A stretch of 64,000 bases of DNA from Edaphobacter sp. (GTDB lineage: Bacteria; Acidobacteriota; Terriglobia; Terriglobales; Acidobacteriaceae), in the NCBI GenBank assembly GCA_039922475.1, contig JBDTEQ010000069.1, positions 549 to 64,548 of the forward strand, in the 5' to 3' direction. Both the position numbers and the translations under genes were made by a program. Below are positions 48,061 through 56,482 of the stretch, piece after piece (within the stretch, counting starts at the first letter, position 1; each line of letters starts with the position of its first letter). Below the pieces are notes generated by a model. That model made no database searches. It was given only the letters and a program-made list of their open reading frames with translations, and was not told the DNA's origin.

Positions 48061-49320
48061 ATGCCGCACGATTCGCCGCAACGAGCACAGGACGAGACTT
48101 TCATGCAGCGAGCCCTCGACCTCGCCACCGAGACCATCGGCCTCGCCTCGCCCAATCCGCACGTAGGCTGCGTCCTCACAAAAAATTCTTCCAAGGGCTC
48201 ACCAGAGATTATCGGCGAAGGCGCTCACCTCTACGCCAACCGCGATCACGCCGAGATCGTCTCCCTCAAGCAAGCCGCCGCACGAGGCATCTCCACCCAC
48301 GGCGCCACTGCCTACGTCACCCTCGAACCCTGCAGTCACCACGGCCGCACCCCGCCCTGCGCCAACGCCCTCGTCGAAGCAGGCATCGCCCGCTGCGTCA
48401 TCGCCACAAAGGACCCGAACCCTCTAGTCTCTGGAGGAACGCCAGGCGGACAGGGTATCGCCAAGCTTCGCGCCGCCGGAATCGAAGTCGCCCTCGGCAT
48501 CCTCGAACAACCGGCTCGCGATCTCAACGAAGCCTTCGCCCACTTCATCCAGCACCGCACTCCTTTCGTCACCCTCAAAGCCGCGCTATCCGCCGATGGC
48601 AAACTCGCCCCACCACCCGCCACGCGTCTCCTCAACCAACCTCACTGGCTCACCGGCCCAGCCGCCCGTCATCAGGTCCAACTTCTTCGCCACGCCTCCG
48701 ACGCTGTCCTCACCGGCATCGGCACCGTTCTCGCCGACGATCCGCAGCTCACCGATCGCAGCGGAATGCAGAGTCCCGACCGCAGCGGAATGCAGAGTCC
48801 AGCCAGCAGCGGAAAGCCGCGCCGCCGCCCGCTCCTTCGCATCATCCTCGACACCCACCTCCGCATCCCGCTCGACTCGAAACTCGTCCGCTCCGCAAAC
48901 AGCGCCAACAACTCCGCCCCAGACCTCCTCATATTCTGCGGCGAAGCCGCTCCCAACACCAAACGAACCGCACTGGAAAGATGTAACGCTCAGGTCGAAA
49001 CCATCCCCGACCACGCCGGACTCCTAAGCCTCTCGACCGTCCTCTCCACTCTCGCCGAACGCAACATCCTCAGCCTCCTCCTCGAATGTGGCTCCCACCT
49101 CAACGGAGCCTTCCTCCAACACGACCTCGTCGACAAAGCCGTCCTCTTCTACTCCCAAACCGAACTAGGCGATCAAGCCATCCCCTTCGCCCACGGCATC
49201 GCCTCCCCGCACGTCTTCGAGCGTTCCCTCGCCCACGCAACCCGCACCACCGTTGGCTCTGCTGAAAAACAAGACATCCGCATCACCGGCTACCTCCACT
49301 ACCCCTGGCCAAATCCCTGA
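48061..49320 (+). CDS. ribD: bifunctional riboflavin biosynthesis deaminase/reductase
   Basis: ORF track frame from 48034. Deaminase zinc motifs HAEI and PCSHHGRTPPC, plus a reductase C-domain. Contains an in-frame tandem repeat. Confidence 0.9.
   Translation: MPHDSPQRAQDETFMQRALDLATETIGLASPNPHVGCVLTKNSSKGSPEIIGEGAHLYANRDHAEIVSLKQAAARGISTHGATAYVTLEPCSHHGRTPPCANALVEAGIARCVIATKDPNPLVSGGTPGGQGIAKLRAAGIEVALGILEQPARDLNEAFAHFIQHRTPFVTLKAALSADGKLAPPPATRLLNQPHWLTGPAARHQVQLLRHASDAVLTGIGTVLADDPQLTDRSGMQSPDRSGMQSPASSGKPRRRPLLRIILDTHLRIPLDSKLVRSANSANNSAPDLLIFCGEAAPNTKRTALERCNAQVETIPDHAGLLSLSTVLSTLAERNILSLLLECGSHLNGAFLQHDLVDKAVLFYSQTELGDQAIPFAHGIASPHVFERSLAHATRTTVGSAEKQDIRITGYLHYPWPNP
48757..48816 (+). 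repeat. 24-nt tandem repeat (about 2.5 copies), in frame inside ribD
   Basis: cgcagcggaatgcagagtcccgac / cgcagcggaatgcagagtccagcc / agcagcggaaag, giving (D)RSGMQSPDRSGMQSPASSGK. Confidence 0.9.
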
Positions 49321-49328
49321 ACCAAGCC

Positions 49329-49363
49329 CTACTCCCTACTCCCTATTCCCTATACCCTGTACT
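49329..49363 (+). repeat. family-F heptamer array (CTAYWCC x5) filling the ribD-ribE spacer
   Basis: ctactcc ctactcc ctattcc ctatacc ctgtact. It ends 1 nt before the ribE ATG. Confidence 0.8.
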
Positions 49364-49364
49364 T

Positions 49365-50027
49365 ATGTTCACCGGACTCATCGAAACCACCGGCACCCTT
49401 CTCGCCATCACGCCCACTGAAGGCGCAACACGCATCACCATCGCCGCGCCCACGCTCACCGCGCGTCTCAACACCGGCGACAGCATCGCAGTCAACGGCG
49501 TCTGCCTCACTGCACTCAGCATCGAACCCAACGCCTTCCCTCCGCGCTTCTCCGCCGACCTGGCAGCAGAGACTATCGCCCGCACCACACTCTCCCACCT
49601 GCGCCCCGACGCCACCGTCAACCTCGAACTTCCCACACCCGTCGGCTCACCCCTCGGCGGCCACGTCGTCCAGGGCCACGTCGACGGCACCGCCACCCTC
49701 GTCGCCCTAGATCCCATCACACCCGGCGCGTCCCAAACCGACTGGCGACTCCGCATCCGTCTCCCCGACGCCCTCACCCGCTACGTCGTCCCCCAGGGCT
49801 CCATCACCATCGAAGGCATCAGCCTCACCGTCGCTTCCATCATTGCCAACGAAGTCGAAGTCGCCATCATCCCCCACACCTACCAGGCCACCAGCCTTCG
49901 CACCCTTACCCCCGGCAGCCTGCTCAACATCGAAGTCGATGTGCTCAGCAAATACGCCGAACGCCGCCAGAACCCGTCGGAAAAATTCACCCTCACCGAG
50001 AAGTACCTCATCGCGAACGGCTACTGA
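49365..50027 (+). CDS. ribE: riboflavin synthase alpha chain
   Basis: 220 aa. MFTGLIETTG with two lumazine-binding repeats. Confidence 0.9.
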   Translation: MFTGLIETTGTLLAITPTEGATRITIAAPTLTARLNTGDSIAVNGVCLTALSIEPNAFPPRFSADLAAETIARTTLSHLRPDATVNLELPTPVGSPLGGHVVQGHVDGTATLVALDPITPGASQTDWRLRIRLPDALTRYVVPQGSITIEGISLTVASIIANEVEVAIIPHTYQATSLRTLTPGSLLNIEVDVLSKYAERRQNPSEKFTLTEKYLIANGY

Positions 50028-50515
50028 GCGCCCATCCGCATCCCACGTTCCTTCGTCCACTTTGCAAGCTCGTCCGGATTCATCGTCATCTTCACCAGGT
50101 TCAGCCCGCCATGGTCAAGATCGACTACGATCATGTCGATCCGGCTGTTCTCCGCTCGGACATAGACAAGAGATTCGCCGCTGTCACGCTTCCACTCCCG
50201 CACCATCTGCGACCAATCCTCGCCCAGACTCGAACGAACAGTCTTATCAAACCCTCCGGAATCATCCGGCTCCGCAAAGTTCTCAAACTCCACAACTCGC
50301 ATTCCCCGCACACCGCCATGCGTCGCACCCCGTGCGCACAGACTCACCATCCACATCAACGGAATCGTCTTTGGCTGCACCGAGTAGTGCGCGCTCAGTC
50401 CCTTCACCAGCGCATCGAAGCTGTCGCCGCCTCGCTCCGATGCATGTACGCCCTGCACAACCAGCAGCACAACTCCAAACGCTACCAGTAAAGATCCCCC
50501 CAGTCGTCGCATCAT
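50021..50515 (-). CDS. secreted protein, last gene of the ECF operon (DUF4252-like context, tentative)
   Basis: 164 aa. Signal LLVAFGVVLLVVQGVHA. 4-nt overlap with the upstream gene. Confidence 0.6.
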   Translation of the reverse strand: MMRRLGGSLLVAFGVVLLVVQGVHASERGGDSFDALVKGLSAHYSVQPKTIPLMWMVSLCARGATHGGVRGMRVVEFENFAEPDDSGGFDKTVRSSLGEDWSQMVREWKRDSGESLVYVRAENSRIDMIVVDLDHGGLNLVKMTMNPDELAKWTKERGMRMGAQ

Positions 50516-51081
50516 TTGATCTTCTCCTTCTTCTTCGGACTGTCCTGCGGCACGCCGTAATGCGAGCCCATCTTCATCAGATCATTCGAAGACATGTGCC
50601 CCTTCAGATGAACAAACGTAAGCTCCTTCGGTTCCGCGCTGATCACAACCAACTCGCTGAACTGCCCGTCCTGCCCCAGCTTGACGCATACATCCGTACT
50701 CTCGGTCGCGCTTCTCTCCTTCACGACATGCGACCATCCGCCATCTTCAAGCCGTTTCCGAAACTCTTCGACATCGGACATCTTGTACTGTCCCGCCGTC
50801 TCATACTCATACGAGCGCACAATCACGAAGTCCATCTTCCTGGCCAGATCAGTCCCGCTTTTATCGTCACCCTCATCGCCAAACTTGCCCACCATCCCCA
50901 GCATGTTCTTATCCAGGTTCACCTCAGTCGTAGACTTCGCTCCCTGAGAAAACTTCTCCGCTCCGGCGAAGAGATCGTCCTTCTGTTGCAGCGGCTCCAG
51001 CGCACGCACATTCCCAGCCACCATCAGGAACGCTGCCGCAACCGCAATCACCCTCATGCCCGCCACTCTCTGTCGTATCAT
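50512..51081 (-). CDS. secreted protein of the ECF operon (DUF4252-like, tentative)
   Basis: 189 aa. Signal VIAVAAAFLMVAGNVRA. 4-nt overlaps on both sides. Confidence 0.6.
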   Translation of the reverse strand: MIRQRVAGMRVIAVAAAFLMVAGNVRALEPLQQKDDLFAGAEKFSQGAKSTTEVNLDKNMLGMVGKFGDEGDDKSGTDLARKMDFVIVRSYEYETAGQYKMSDVEEFRKRLEDGGWSHVVKERSATESTDVCVKLGQDGQFSELVVISAEPKELTFVHLKGHMSSNDLMKMGSHYGVPQDSPKKKEKIK

Positions 51082-51431
51082 TGCTCTCCTCTTTCGTCTT
51101 TCACTGCCACCTTGCTGATGTGCTCTCCAACTCCATTCAATGTCTTTCCCGCCACCTGCATCGCAACTTCAAACTGATGCTGCACCAGCTCTGCCTGTCT
51201 CCGCTCCTCTCGCCTGTGTGCCGTCTCCCCCAGGCCGAACAACACCGCAAGCAGCACCATCGCAGCAACCGCCGTCTGCCACACATACGAGATCCTCTGT
51301 GGCATCACCCGCAATCGCAGGCGCTCCTTCTTCGCAATCCGCTCCATCACACGTCCGGCGAAACCCTCCGGTGCCGGAACGCGCTGCAACCCTTCCTTTA
51401 ACTCCTGTTCCAACTCATCGCTCACGCACAA
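51078..51431 (-). CDS. single-pass anti-sigma factor (putative)
   Basis: 117 aa. Central TM helix WQTAVAAMVLLAVLFGL. Overlaps the sigma gene by 17 nt. Confidence 0.6.
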   Translation of the reverse strand: MCVSDELEQELKEGLQRVPAPEGFAGRVMERIAKKERLRLRVMPQRISYVWQTAVAAMVLLAVLFGLGETAHRREERRQAELVQHQFEVAMQVAGKTLNGVGEHISKVAVKDERGEQ

Positions 51432-51942
51432 ACTCCTTCAACATCGAATCCGCCTTCCGCCGCAGCATCACCAGCCCGCGCTGCAGATTGCTCTTCACCG
51501 TAGCCAAGGGCTGCTCCAGCGTCTTCGCAATCTCGTCCGGCGTCATCTCCTCCTGGTACCGAAGCACAACCGCCGCCCTCAAGCTCTGCGGTAACGACAA
51601 CACCATCTCCTCCAGCCGCGTCCCTACAACAACCGCGTCAAACGAACGCCCATCCACATGCCGGCAATGCTCCTCAGTCCACTCCTCCGCCATAAACTCC
51701 GGCCGCAGACTCCGCCGCCTCAGATAATCGGTCGCTCGATGCGTCGCCACCTTTCTCAACCAGAACAACACATGCTCATCCGACTCCAGTCGTCCTATCG
51801 ATCGATGCAATTCCACGAACACGTCCTGCGCAACCTCTTCAGCAGCTCCGTGATCTCCCAGCACTCGAAGCGCAATCGAGAACACCATCGACTGATGGCG
51901 CTCAACCAACCTGCGAAACTCTTCGTCGTTCGTTCTCATCAA
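51415..51942 (-). CDS. ECF-type RNA polymerase sigma-70 factor
   Basis: 175 aa. Region 2 (MVFSIALRVLGDHGAAEEVAQDVFVELHR) and region 4 (MTPDEIAKTLEQPLATVKSNLQRG). Confidence 0.9.
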   Translation of the reverse strand: MMRTNDEEFRRLVERHQSMVFSIALRVLGDHGAAEEVAQDVFVELHRSIGRLESDEHVLFWLRKVATHRATDYLRRRSLRPEFMAEEWTEEHCRHVDGRSFDAVVVGTRLEEMVLSLPQSLRAAVVLRYQEEMTPDEIAKTLEQPLATVKSNLQRGLVMLRRKADSMLKEFVRER

Positions 51943-51969
51943 GCTCGCTTACCTGCCTATACGCAGTCC

Positions 51970-51997
51970 ATACCGTCGCGGAATGCAAAAAGTTCAC
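51970..51997 (-). promoter_or_regulatory. candidate ECF-type promoter (GTGAAC-N16-CGGTAT)
   Basis: Minus strand reads GTGAACtttttgcattccgcgaCGGTAT, 30-55 nt upstream of the sigma ATG. Confidence 0.25.
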
Positions 51998-52050
51998 AAC
52001 TTTCCTTTTTTTTCGCTGGCAAGCCCGGTTCGAGCAACAGCAGATCAGCC

Positions 52051-52191
52051 TTAAGAGTCCCCGCTGTTGCTGTTGCAGTCGCAGTCGCAGTCGCAGTTGC
52101 AGTTGCAGTCGCAGTTGCAGTTGCAGTCGCAGTCGCAGTCGCAGTTGCAGTCGCAGTTACAGTTGCTGTTGGCTGCCCTTTTGGTTGTCAT
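52051..52191 (-). CDS. possible 46-aa Cys-rich peptide, (C-D/N)15 core, encoded on the microsatellite
   Basis: My translation: MTTKRAANSNCNCDCNCDCDCDCNCNCDCNCNCDCDCDCNSNSGDS*. The ATG lies inside a family-A repeat and the SD is weak. Below the 60-aa ORF-track cutoff. Confidence 0.2.
   Translation of the reverse strand: MTTKRAANSNCNCDCNCDCDCDCNCNCDCNCNCDCDCDCNSNSGDS
52063..52170. repeat. hexanucleotide microsatellite (GYWGTY)18, mostly GCAGTC/GCAGTT
   Basis: 108 nt of uninterrupted 6-nt periodicity. Confidence 0.95.
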
Positions 52192-52222
52192 CCCGTAGGG
52201 ATCTGCTGTTGCCTGTCGTTGC
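52186..52222 (+). repeat. family-A repeat (minimal form)
   Basis: tgtcatcccgtagggatctgctgttgcctgtcgttgc. Hairpin ATCCC-gta-GGGAT. Confidence 0.85.
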
Positions 52223-52235
52223 TTTATAGTCCGAC

Positions 52236-52293
52236 GGGTGGCCCATCCTTTGCGCTTTTTGCAAAGGGTGGGTTATCGAGCGAAGCTCGACCG
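52236..52293 (+). repeat. family-D-like double-hairpin repeat
   Basis: gggtggcccatcctttgcgctttttgcaaagggtgggttatcgagcgaagctcgaccg. Confidence 0.7.
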
Positions 52294-52312
52294 CCTTACC
52301 CCCAAAAAGAAT

Positions 52313-52407
52313 CGTCATCTCGACCGGAGCAACAGACAGTCTCATCGTCTGTTGCGCAGTGGAGAGATCCCCGCATTTCGCTTTTGTCTTTGCTGTTGCC
52401 CGTTCTC
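52313..52407 (+). repeat. family-B repeat
   Basis: cgtcatctcgaccggagcaacagacagtctcatcgtctgttgcgcagtggagagatccccgcatttcg plus a T/G-rich tail. Second copy at 57805. Confidence 0.9.
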
Positions 52408-52430
52408 TGGCCACAACACCAACAGTAGAT

Positions 52431-52470
52431 CTTAAATAGAAAACGGCGCGATGCCATCAGCACCGCGCCG
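52431..52470 (-). terminator. intrinsic terminator after rho
   Basis: Minus strand reads CGGCGCGgtgctgatggcatCGCGCCG followed by TTTTCTATTT. Confidence 0.7.
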
Positions 52471-52490
52471 CACAGTCCACACTACCTGGA

Positions 52491-53741
52491 CTAAATCGAA
52501 CTCATATTATGCAGGAACTCCTGGTTATTCCGAGTCTTTGCCAGCTTATCCGTCAACAACTCCATCGCCTCAACCGGCGACAGCGGATTCAGCACCTTCC
52601 GCAGAATCCAAGTCCGCTGCAAATCTTCCTTCGGAATCAGCAGCTCTTCCTTACGTGTACCCGACCGCTGAATATCGATCGCCGGAAACACGCGCTTGTC
52701 GACGAGCTTGCGATCCAGGATCACTTCCATGTTGCCCGTTCCCTTGAACTCTTCGAAGATGACTTCGTCCATACGCGAACCCGTATCGACCAGCGCCGTA
52801 GCAATGATCGTCAACGAACCGCCCTCTTCGATATTTCTCGCCGCGCCGAAGAACCGCTTCGGCCTCTGCAGCGCATTCGAATCCACACCGCCCGATAGCA
52901 CCTTGCCCGATGGCGGCACAATCGTGTTGTACGCACGCGCCAGACGCGTAATCGAGTCCAGCAGAATCACAACATCGCGCTTATGCTCCACCAGCCGCTT
53001 TGCCTTCTCGATCACCATCTCGGCAACCTGTACGTGGCGCGCCGCCGGTTCATCGAAGGTCGAAGAGATCACCTCGCCCTTCACCGACCGCTGCATATCC
53101 GTAACTTCTTCCGGCCGCTCATCGATCAGCAGCACGATCAACACAACCTCTGGATGATTCGTCGTAATGCTGTTCGCAATCGCCTGCAGCAGCATCGTCT
53201 TGCCGGTTCTCGGCGGAGCCACAATCAATCCGCGCTGCCCCTTGCCCACCGGCGTCAGCAGGTCCATCACGCGCCCGGAAAGATTCTCCCGCACCGTCTC
53301 CATCTTCACCCGCTCGGCGGCATACAACGGCGTCAGGTTGTCGAACAGAATCTTGTTCCGCGTCTCCTCAGGCGACTCAAAGTTGATCGCCTCAATCTTC
53401 ACCAGCGCAAAATACTTCTCGCCCTCATGCGGAGGACGCACATTACCGCTGATCGTATCGCCTGTCTTCAGGTCGAACTTGCGGATCTGCGAAGGCGAAA
53501 CATAAATATCATCCGGCCCCGGCAGATAGTTGTAATCCGGAGACCGCAGAAATCCGTAGCCATCCGGCAGAATCTCCAGCACGCCCTCCGCGAAGATGTG
53601 CCCTTCTTTTTCGCTCTGCGCCTGCAGAATCTTGAAGATCAAATCCTGCTTCCGGAGACCGCTGGTGCCGGCAATATCGAGTCCACGCGCAAGCTTGCTC
53701 AGCTCGGCGATATTATGTTCTTTCAATTCAGAAATAGTCAT
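52491..53741 (-). CDS. rho: transcription termination factor Rho
   Basis: 416 aa. Rho N-terminal and cold-shock-like RNA-binding domain. Walker [12 protein letters not shown]. Confidence 0.95.
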   Translation of the reverse strand: MTISELKEHNIAELSKLARGLDIAGTSGLRKQDLIFKILQAQSEKEGHIFAEGVLEILPDGYGFLRSPDYNYLPGPDDIYVSPSQIRKFDLKTGDTISGNVRPPHEGEKYFALVKIEAINFESPEETRNKILFDNLTPLYAAERVKMETVRENLSGRVMDLLTPVGKGQRGLIVAPPRTGKTMLLQAIANSITTNHPEVVLIVLLIDERPEEVTDMQRSVKGEVISSTFDEPAARHVQVAEMVIEKAKRLVEHKRDVVILLDSITRLARAYNTIVPPSGKVLSGGVDSNALQRPKRFFGAARNIEEGGSLTIIATALVDTGSRMDEVIFEEFKGTGNMEVILDRKLVDKRVFPAIDIQRSGTRKEELLIPKEDLQRTWILRKVLNPLSPVEAMELLTDKLAKTRNNQEFLHNMSSI

Positions 53742-53926
53742 GTTTTACCTGGGATTTGAATTTTTAGGAGGGGATGTTTGGAACTGAGGCGGGATCTGCT
53801 TGACAAGGGGGTCGTGCGGAAGGCCAGAAGAGAGCGAAACCTGTGTAAAGCGGATGGGGTTGTAATGCGGGGTAAACGGTTAGCGGTTAGACACCAGGAA
53901 AATGGGAAGGGTGAAACAGCCGCGCA
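53742..53926 (-). promoter_or_regulatory. C-rich, G-poor rho leader (candidate rut-like autoregulatory attenuator)
   Basis: The plus strand here is strongly G over C, so the rho 5' leader transcript is C-rich and G-poor over about 185 nt. Confidence 0.4.
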
Positions 53927-54145
53927 TTAAGCTGCGCGGCGTTCCTGCAATTGTACCTTCTCAACAACAGCGTCGGACTCGTCCATCGGAATCGTGTCCT
54001 TGAACCGGTCAAGTACCTCATTGGTCGTGTCCTGCAGCCGCGTATTCGGCTTGTGCAGTTTGCGCGTCGCCTTCGACGCCAACTGGCACAGTTCGTAGCG
54101 GTTGTTCACGTGCGTGAGAGCTCCAAAAATAAGATCCGAGCGCAT
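53927..54145 (-). CDS. rpoZ: RNA polymerase omega subunit-like protein
   Basis: 72 aa. ALTHVNNRYELCQLASKATRKLH resembles the omega core (NRF/Y.L...A.+RAR). Confidence 0.5.
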   Translation of the reverse strand: MRSDLIFGALTHVNNRYELCQLASKATRKLHKPNTRLQDTTNEVLDRFKDTIPMDESDAVVEKVQLQERRAA

Positions 54146-54681
54146 AGTTTCTCCTTCTTTCCTTTAAGACGTAAGCGTCTAATTAGCGCTCACTCGCCTG
54201 AAATACTTCAATTGGCAACCGCTTCGATTCAACTGCTGCCACAATCCTGCTGCATTTGTTAGACGCGGAACACCCCCTAAGGTACTCCACAATCCTTCTA
54301 CAATCTCACTCGCTTTTTATGCTCGTCAGCCTGGCAGACAAGCAAAACCGCAACTGCCTAAAACCAGTAGATTCTGCAAACTGCCTCGTCCGTATGATTC
54401 CGCGCTCACCGCGCCTGGGCTTGAAACAGATTAGCTGGCCAGCAGCCTGGCGAGCCCTGACTGCATCGCAACCACCTGGCACTCTGATCACATCCTGCCA
54501 GCCCGGTAATTACGACACTCATGCAAAGTAAACTGTCTGGTTCACAAGGTCAATACTTTTTTTGGGAACCTGCAATTAACGATATTCCAGAAACAGAATT
54601 CCATCAACCAAAAAATTCACCGCATCAATTACCACCAAAATACCAGCGAAATGCACCTAAAAATCCAGCAACCTGCCACGA

Positions 54682-56286
54682 TTACGACCAGTAACTACGG
54701 TCCAAAGTCCTGTACTGGATCGCCTCCGCAATGTGCTTCACTGCGATATCCTTCTCCCCGCCAAGATCCGCTATCGTCCTTGATACCTTCAAGATACGGT
54801 CATGCGCCCGCGCACTCAAACCCTGCTGCTGCATCGCCCGCTCCAGCAGCCGCTCGGCATCGGATGAAAGTTCGCAGTAAGTCCGTATCTGCTGCGTATT
54901 CATCTGCGAATTCGAAAAAATCTGCCGCGAAGCCCCCTTCGCCGACCCCCCACTGTTACGCCCAGTCCTCTCGCTAGCCTGCCCAAACCGCTCATGCTGC
55001 CGCTCTCTCGCCGCCAACACCCGCTCCCGTATCTGCTGCGACCCTTCAGCCGCCGCCCCTCCCCGCAACTCCTTATACTGCACCGCGGGAACCTCAATAT
55101 GAATATCAATCCGGTCCAGCAGCGGCCCGCTCACCTTCGACACATACCGTTGAATCATCGGCGGAGTACACATACACTCCCGCGATTTGTCGTTAAAATA
55201 CCCGCAAGGGCAAGGATTCATCGCCGCCGCCAGCATAAATCGCGCCGGAAAGCTCAAGCTCATCGCCGCCCGAGCAATCGTCACCTGACCATCCTCCAAC
55301 GGCTGTCGCAACACCTCCAGCACGTTCCTCGGAAACTCCGGCAGCTCATCCAGAAACAGCAGCCCGTTATGCGCCAGCGAAACCTCACCCGGCCGCGGAA
55401 TCATCCCTCCGCCAATCAGCCCCGCATCCGAAATCGTATGGTGCGGTGACCGAAACGGCCGATGCGCCACTAAACCCTGCTCCGCATCCAAAACTCCGGC
55501 GACAGAATGGATCTTCGTAGTCTCCAGCGCCTCTTCAAAACGCAGCGGAGCCAGAATCGAAGGCAGCCGTTTCGCCAGCATCGTCTTCCCCGACCCCGGC
55601 GGCCCGATCATCAGAATATTGTGCCCACCCGCAGCCGCCACCTCCAGCGCCCGCTTCGCCACCTGCTGCCCGCGCACATCCTTGAAGTCGAAAGGAAAGT
55701 GCTGCATCTCGTTCAGCAGTTCAGTCGTCGCGACCTTCAACGGAGCCGCAGTAATCCCGCCCATCGCCGCCGAGTTCAGCAGCTCCCTCACCTCCAGCAG
55801 CGACTTCACCGGATAGACATTCACACCCTCCACCACCGCCGCCTCGCGAGCATTACTAGCCGGAATCACCAGGTTCTTAATCCCCTTCGCGCGCGCCGCC
55901 ACCGCAATCGGCAACATCCCCTGCACCGCCCGCAGGCATCCATCCAACCCCAACTCCCCCACCAGCAGATAGTCACTCACATCTTTGATATGCAGCGCCC
56001 CATACGCCCCCAGAATCCCGATCGCAATCGGCAGGTCGAACCCCGACCCTTCCTTCTTCAAATCCGCCGGAGCCAGATTGATCGTGATCCGCGTAGGCGG
56101 AATCTCAAACCCTGAGTTCTTGATCGCCGACCGCACCCTGTCGCGACTCTCCCGCACCGCCGCATCCGGCAACCCCACCGTATGGAACTGTTCCTGGTCT
56201 AACTTGACCTGCGAAAAATCGACTTCGACATCGATGATGTGCGCGTCAATCCCATACACTGCAGCACTGCGAGCCGTAAAAAGCAT
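54682..56286 (-). CDS. comM: YifB/ComM-family Mg-chelatase-like AAA+ ATPase
   Basis: 534 aa. Lon-like N-domain, Walker [12 protein letters not shown] and LFLDELPEF. Confidence 0.9.
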   Translation of the reverse strand: MLFTARSAAVYGIDAHIIDVEVDFSQVKLDQEQFHTVGLPDAAVRESRDRVRSAIKNSGFEIPPTRITINLAPADLKKEGSGFDLPIAIGILGAYGALHIKDVSDYLLVGELGLDGCLRAVQGMLPIAVAARAKGIKNLVIPASNAREAAVVEGVNVYPVKSLLEVRELLNSAAMGGITAAPLKVATTELLNEMQHFPFDFKDVRGQQVAKRALEVAAAGGHNILMIGPPGSGKTMLAKRLPSILAPLRFEEALETTKIHSVAGVLDAEQGLVAHRPFRSPHHTISDAGLIGGGMIPRPGEVSLAHNGLLFLDELPEFPRNVLEVLRQPLEDGQVTIARAAMSLSFPARFMLAAAMNPCPCGYFNDKSRECMCTPPMIQRYVSKVSGPLLDRIDIHIEVPAVQYKELRGGAAAEGSQQIRERVLAARERQHERFGQASERTGRNSGGSAKGASRQIFSNSQMNTQQIRTYCELSSDAERLLERAMQQQGLSARAHDRILKVSRTIADLGGEKDIAVKHIAEAIQYRTLDRSYWS

Positions 56287-56346
56287 TGATAAGCCGATGA
56301 ACCCTTAGGGCAGAAGATTTTCGCCGAGTATAGCACCCGCCACGAC

Positions 56347-56428
56347 CCACAACCCTTGTCGCCCTTTCCACAACCCTTGTCCTCCTTTCCACAACCCTTG
56401 TCGTACTTTCCGCAACCATTGTCATCAA
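56347..56428 (+). repeat. 21-nt tandem array (about 3.9 units) CCACAACCCTTGTCNNNCTTT fused to the 5' end of a family-A repeat
   Basis: Units at 56347, 56368 and 56389, plus a degenerate unit at 56410. Each unit carries CCCTTGTC, the same sequence that precedes ATCC at the element junction (56430-56440). Confidence 0.9.
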
Positions 56429-56432
56429 CCCT

Positions 56433-56482
56433 TGTCATCCTTCGCCGAAGGCGGAGGACCTGCTGTTGTTTTGTAGTTGTTC
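56433..56482 (+). repeat. family-A repeat (short form)
   Basis: tgtcatccttcgccgaaggcggaggacctgctgttgttttgtagttgttc. Confidence 0.9.

Noticed and set aside
51658-52428. 256-aa plus-strand ORF with a long VAVAVAVA... tract
   Set aside because: It runs antisense to the well-supported ECF sigma gene and then through the microsatellite and three repeat elements. The Val-Ala tract is just the hexamer repeat read in one frame.
56347-56428. 21-nt tandem array considered as a CRISPR-like array
   Set aside because: The units are directly adjacent with no spacers, the period is far too short, and no cas genes are present. It is a minisatellite tied to a repeat-element junction.
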